DNA from: Elsinoe ampelina
Taxonomy: Eukaryota
NCBI GenBank assembly: GCA_010093995.1
Contig: ML992505.1
Coordinates: 1,195,147-1,259,146 of the forward strand
Reading direction: 5' to 3'
DNA: 64,000 bases
The notes under the pieces are model-generated. The model had not been told where the DNA came from. It ran no database searches and saw only the letters and a program-made list of their open reading frames with translations. Positions 62,903 through 64,000 of the stretch are shown here, one piece after another (position 1 is the stretch's first letter; every line of letters starts with the position of its first letter). Made by a program: the position numbers and the translations under genes.

Positions 62903-64000
62903 CTAATGCCCATTGACCCCATTCCCATTCCCATCCTCCCCCTTCCCCTCCACCACCACCCCAAACTCCTCCCTCACCGCCTCCCCAAACCGCCTCACCG
63001 CCTCAACAATCCTATCGAACGGCGCCGCCGCATACGTCGCCCTGAAAAACATGGTATCATGCCTGACCTCATCGTCGGCGTAGAAGAAACTCCCCTTCAT
63101 GACCAACGCTCCCTTGCGGACACTCGCCTGGAAAATATCCTCCTCCAACTCCAACACGTCCTTCTCCCCCGACTTGAACTTCGGGTGGAGTTTATACTCG
63201 ACCTTCATCCAATGGAACATGCCCGCCGCAGGGGCTTGCCACGACACGAGGTCCTTTGGGAGGTGCGCGTCGCATGCTGCGAGCATGACGTCGCGGCGAC
63301 GGGTGTACTCGACGCGCATGTGGATGAGCCAGTCCAGGTAGCCTGAGTGGCCCCAGTGTTCGTCGAGGAGCTTGAAGAGGACGAGCTGCGACATGCCTGA
63401 CGGCGACTGCGTGGACAGGTCGGCGTGGCGGATGTACCGCTCTATCAGCTGCGCCGAGGCGGTGATCCACCCGAGACGGGCGCCGGGCGCGATGACTTTG
63501 CTGAACGAGTCCATGCGCATGACGCGGCCGTCGGTGTCGAGGGAGAGGAGCGAGGGGACGAGGGAGCGGAGGAAGGCGGCGTGGGAGGGGGGAAGGGGGG
63601 CCGGAGGGGCGTCAGGTCCGGTGTAGGGTTGCATTTGGAGGAAGTAGTAGGGTTCGTCTTCGAGGATGAAGAGGTCGTGTTTTTGGGCGATGGTGTAGAG
63701 GTCGCGGCGGCGTTGGAGGGACATGGTGGCGCCTGTGGGGTTTTGCCCCGTGGGGACGGTGTAGATGAGGAAGGGCTTGCGGGCTTGACGGGCGACTGGG
63801 TCCCAGTTGGTGAGGATGGAGTCGATGGCCGAGGGGATGAGGCCTTCGCTGTCGATGGGGATGGAGAGGAGGCGGCCGCCCATTTGGCGGGTGGTTTCCA
63901 CGGCCGCGGAGAAAGTGTACTCTTCGGTGAGGACATAGTCGCCTGGGTTGAGGAACATGCGGAGGGACATGTCGAGGGCGGAGGTTGATCCGATGGTCAT
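62903..64000 (-). CDS. ARO8: PLP-dependent aromatic/aminoadipate aminotransferase (5' part beyond window end)
   Basis: YTVPTGQNPTG, ILEDEPYYFLQM, DGRVMRMDSFSKVIAPGARLGW, AGMFHW, FFRATYAA. Confidence 0.9.
   Translation of the reverse strand: MTIGSTSALDMSLRMFLNPGDYVLTEEYTFSAAVETTRQMGGRLLSIPIDSEGLIPSAIDSILTNWDPVARQARKPFLIYTVPTGQNPTGATMSLQRRRDLYTIAQKHDLFILEDEPYYFLQMQPYTGPDAPPAPLPPSHAAFLRSLVPSLLSLDTDGRVMRMDSFSKVIAPGARLGWITASAQLIERYIRHADLSTQSPSGMSQLVLFKLLDEHWGHSGYLDWLIHMRVEYTRRRDVMLAACDAHLPKDLVSWQAPAAGMFHWMKVEYKLHPKFKSGEKDVLELEEDIFQASVRKGALVMKGSFFYADDEVRHDTMFFRATYAAAPFDRIVEAVRRFGEAVREEFGVVVEGKGEDGNGNGVNGH

Overview
Gene-dense filamentous-ascomycete (Pezizomycotina-like) chromosome segment with short GT-AG introns and about 26 protein genes, mostly housekeeping (HSV2, WBP1, DBP9, RTT103, CLC1, MDL-type ABC transporter, CDC37, DOA10, MRPL31, TRS20, SYF2, SMC3, YAF9, ATG6, RCL1, OST2, ARO8 and others). 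The apparent gene desert at about 6-15 kb holds the main discovery: a co-oriented minus-strand array of four divergent U1-snRNA-like genes (10.15-12.45 kb). Each has a TATA box about 42-47 nt upstream, a shared pyrimidine initiator, a U1-type four-way junction (helix H plus SL1-SL3), an AAUUUUUG Sm site and a shared downstream motif. None has the canonical AUACUUACCUG 5' end. The altered 5' ends predict non-canonical targets (GA donor, GC donor, shifted register, CAG-repeat extension), the U1-70K and U1A loops are lost reciprocally in two copies, and one copy carries two perfect 5' splice sites in its SL3 loop. All structures were folded by eye; no database searches were run.
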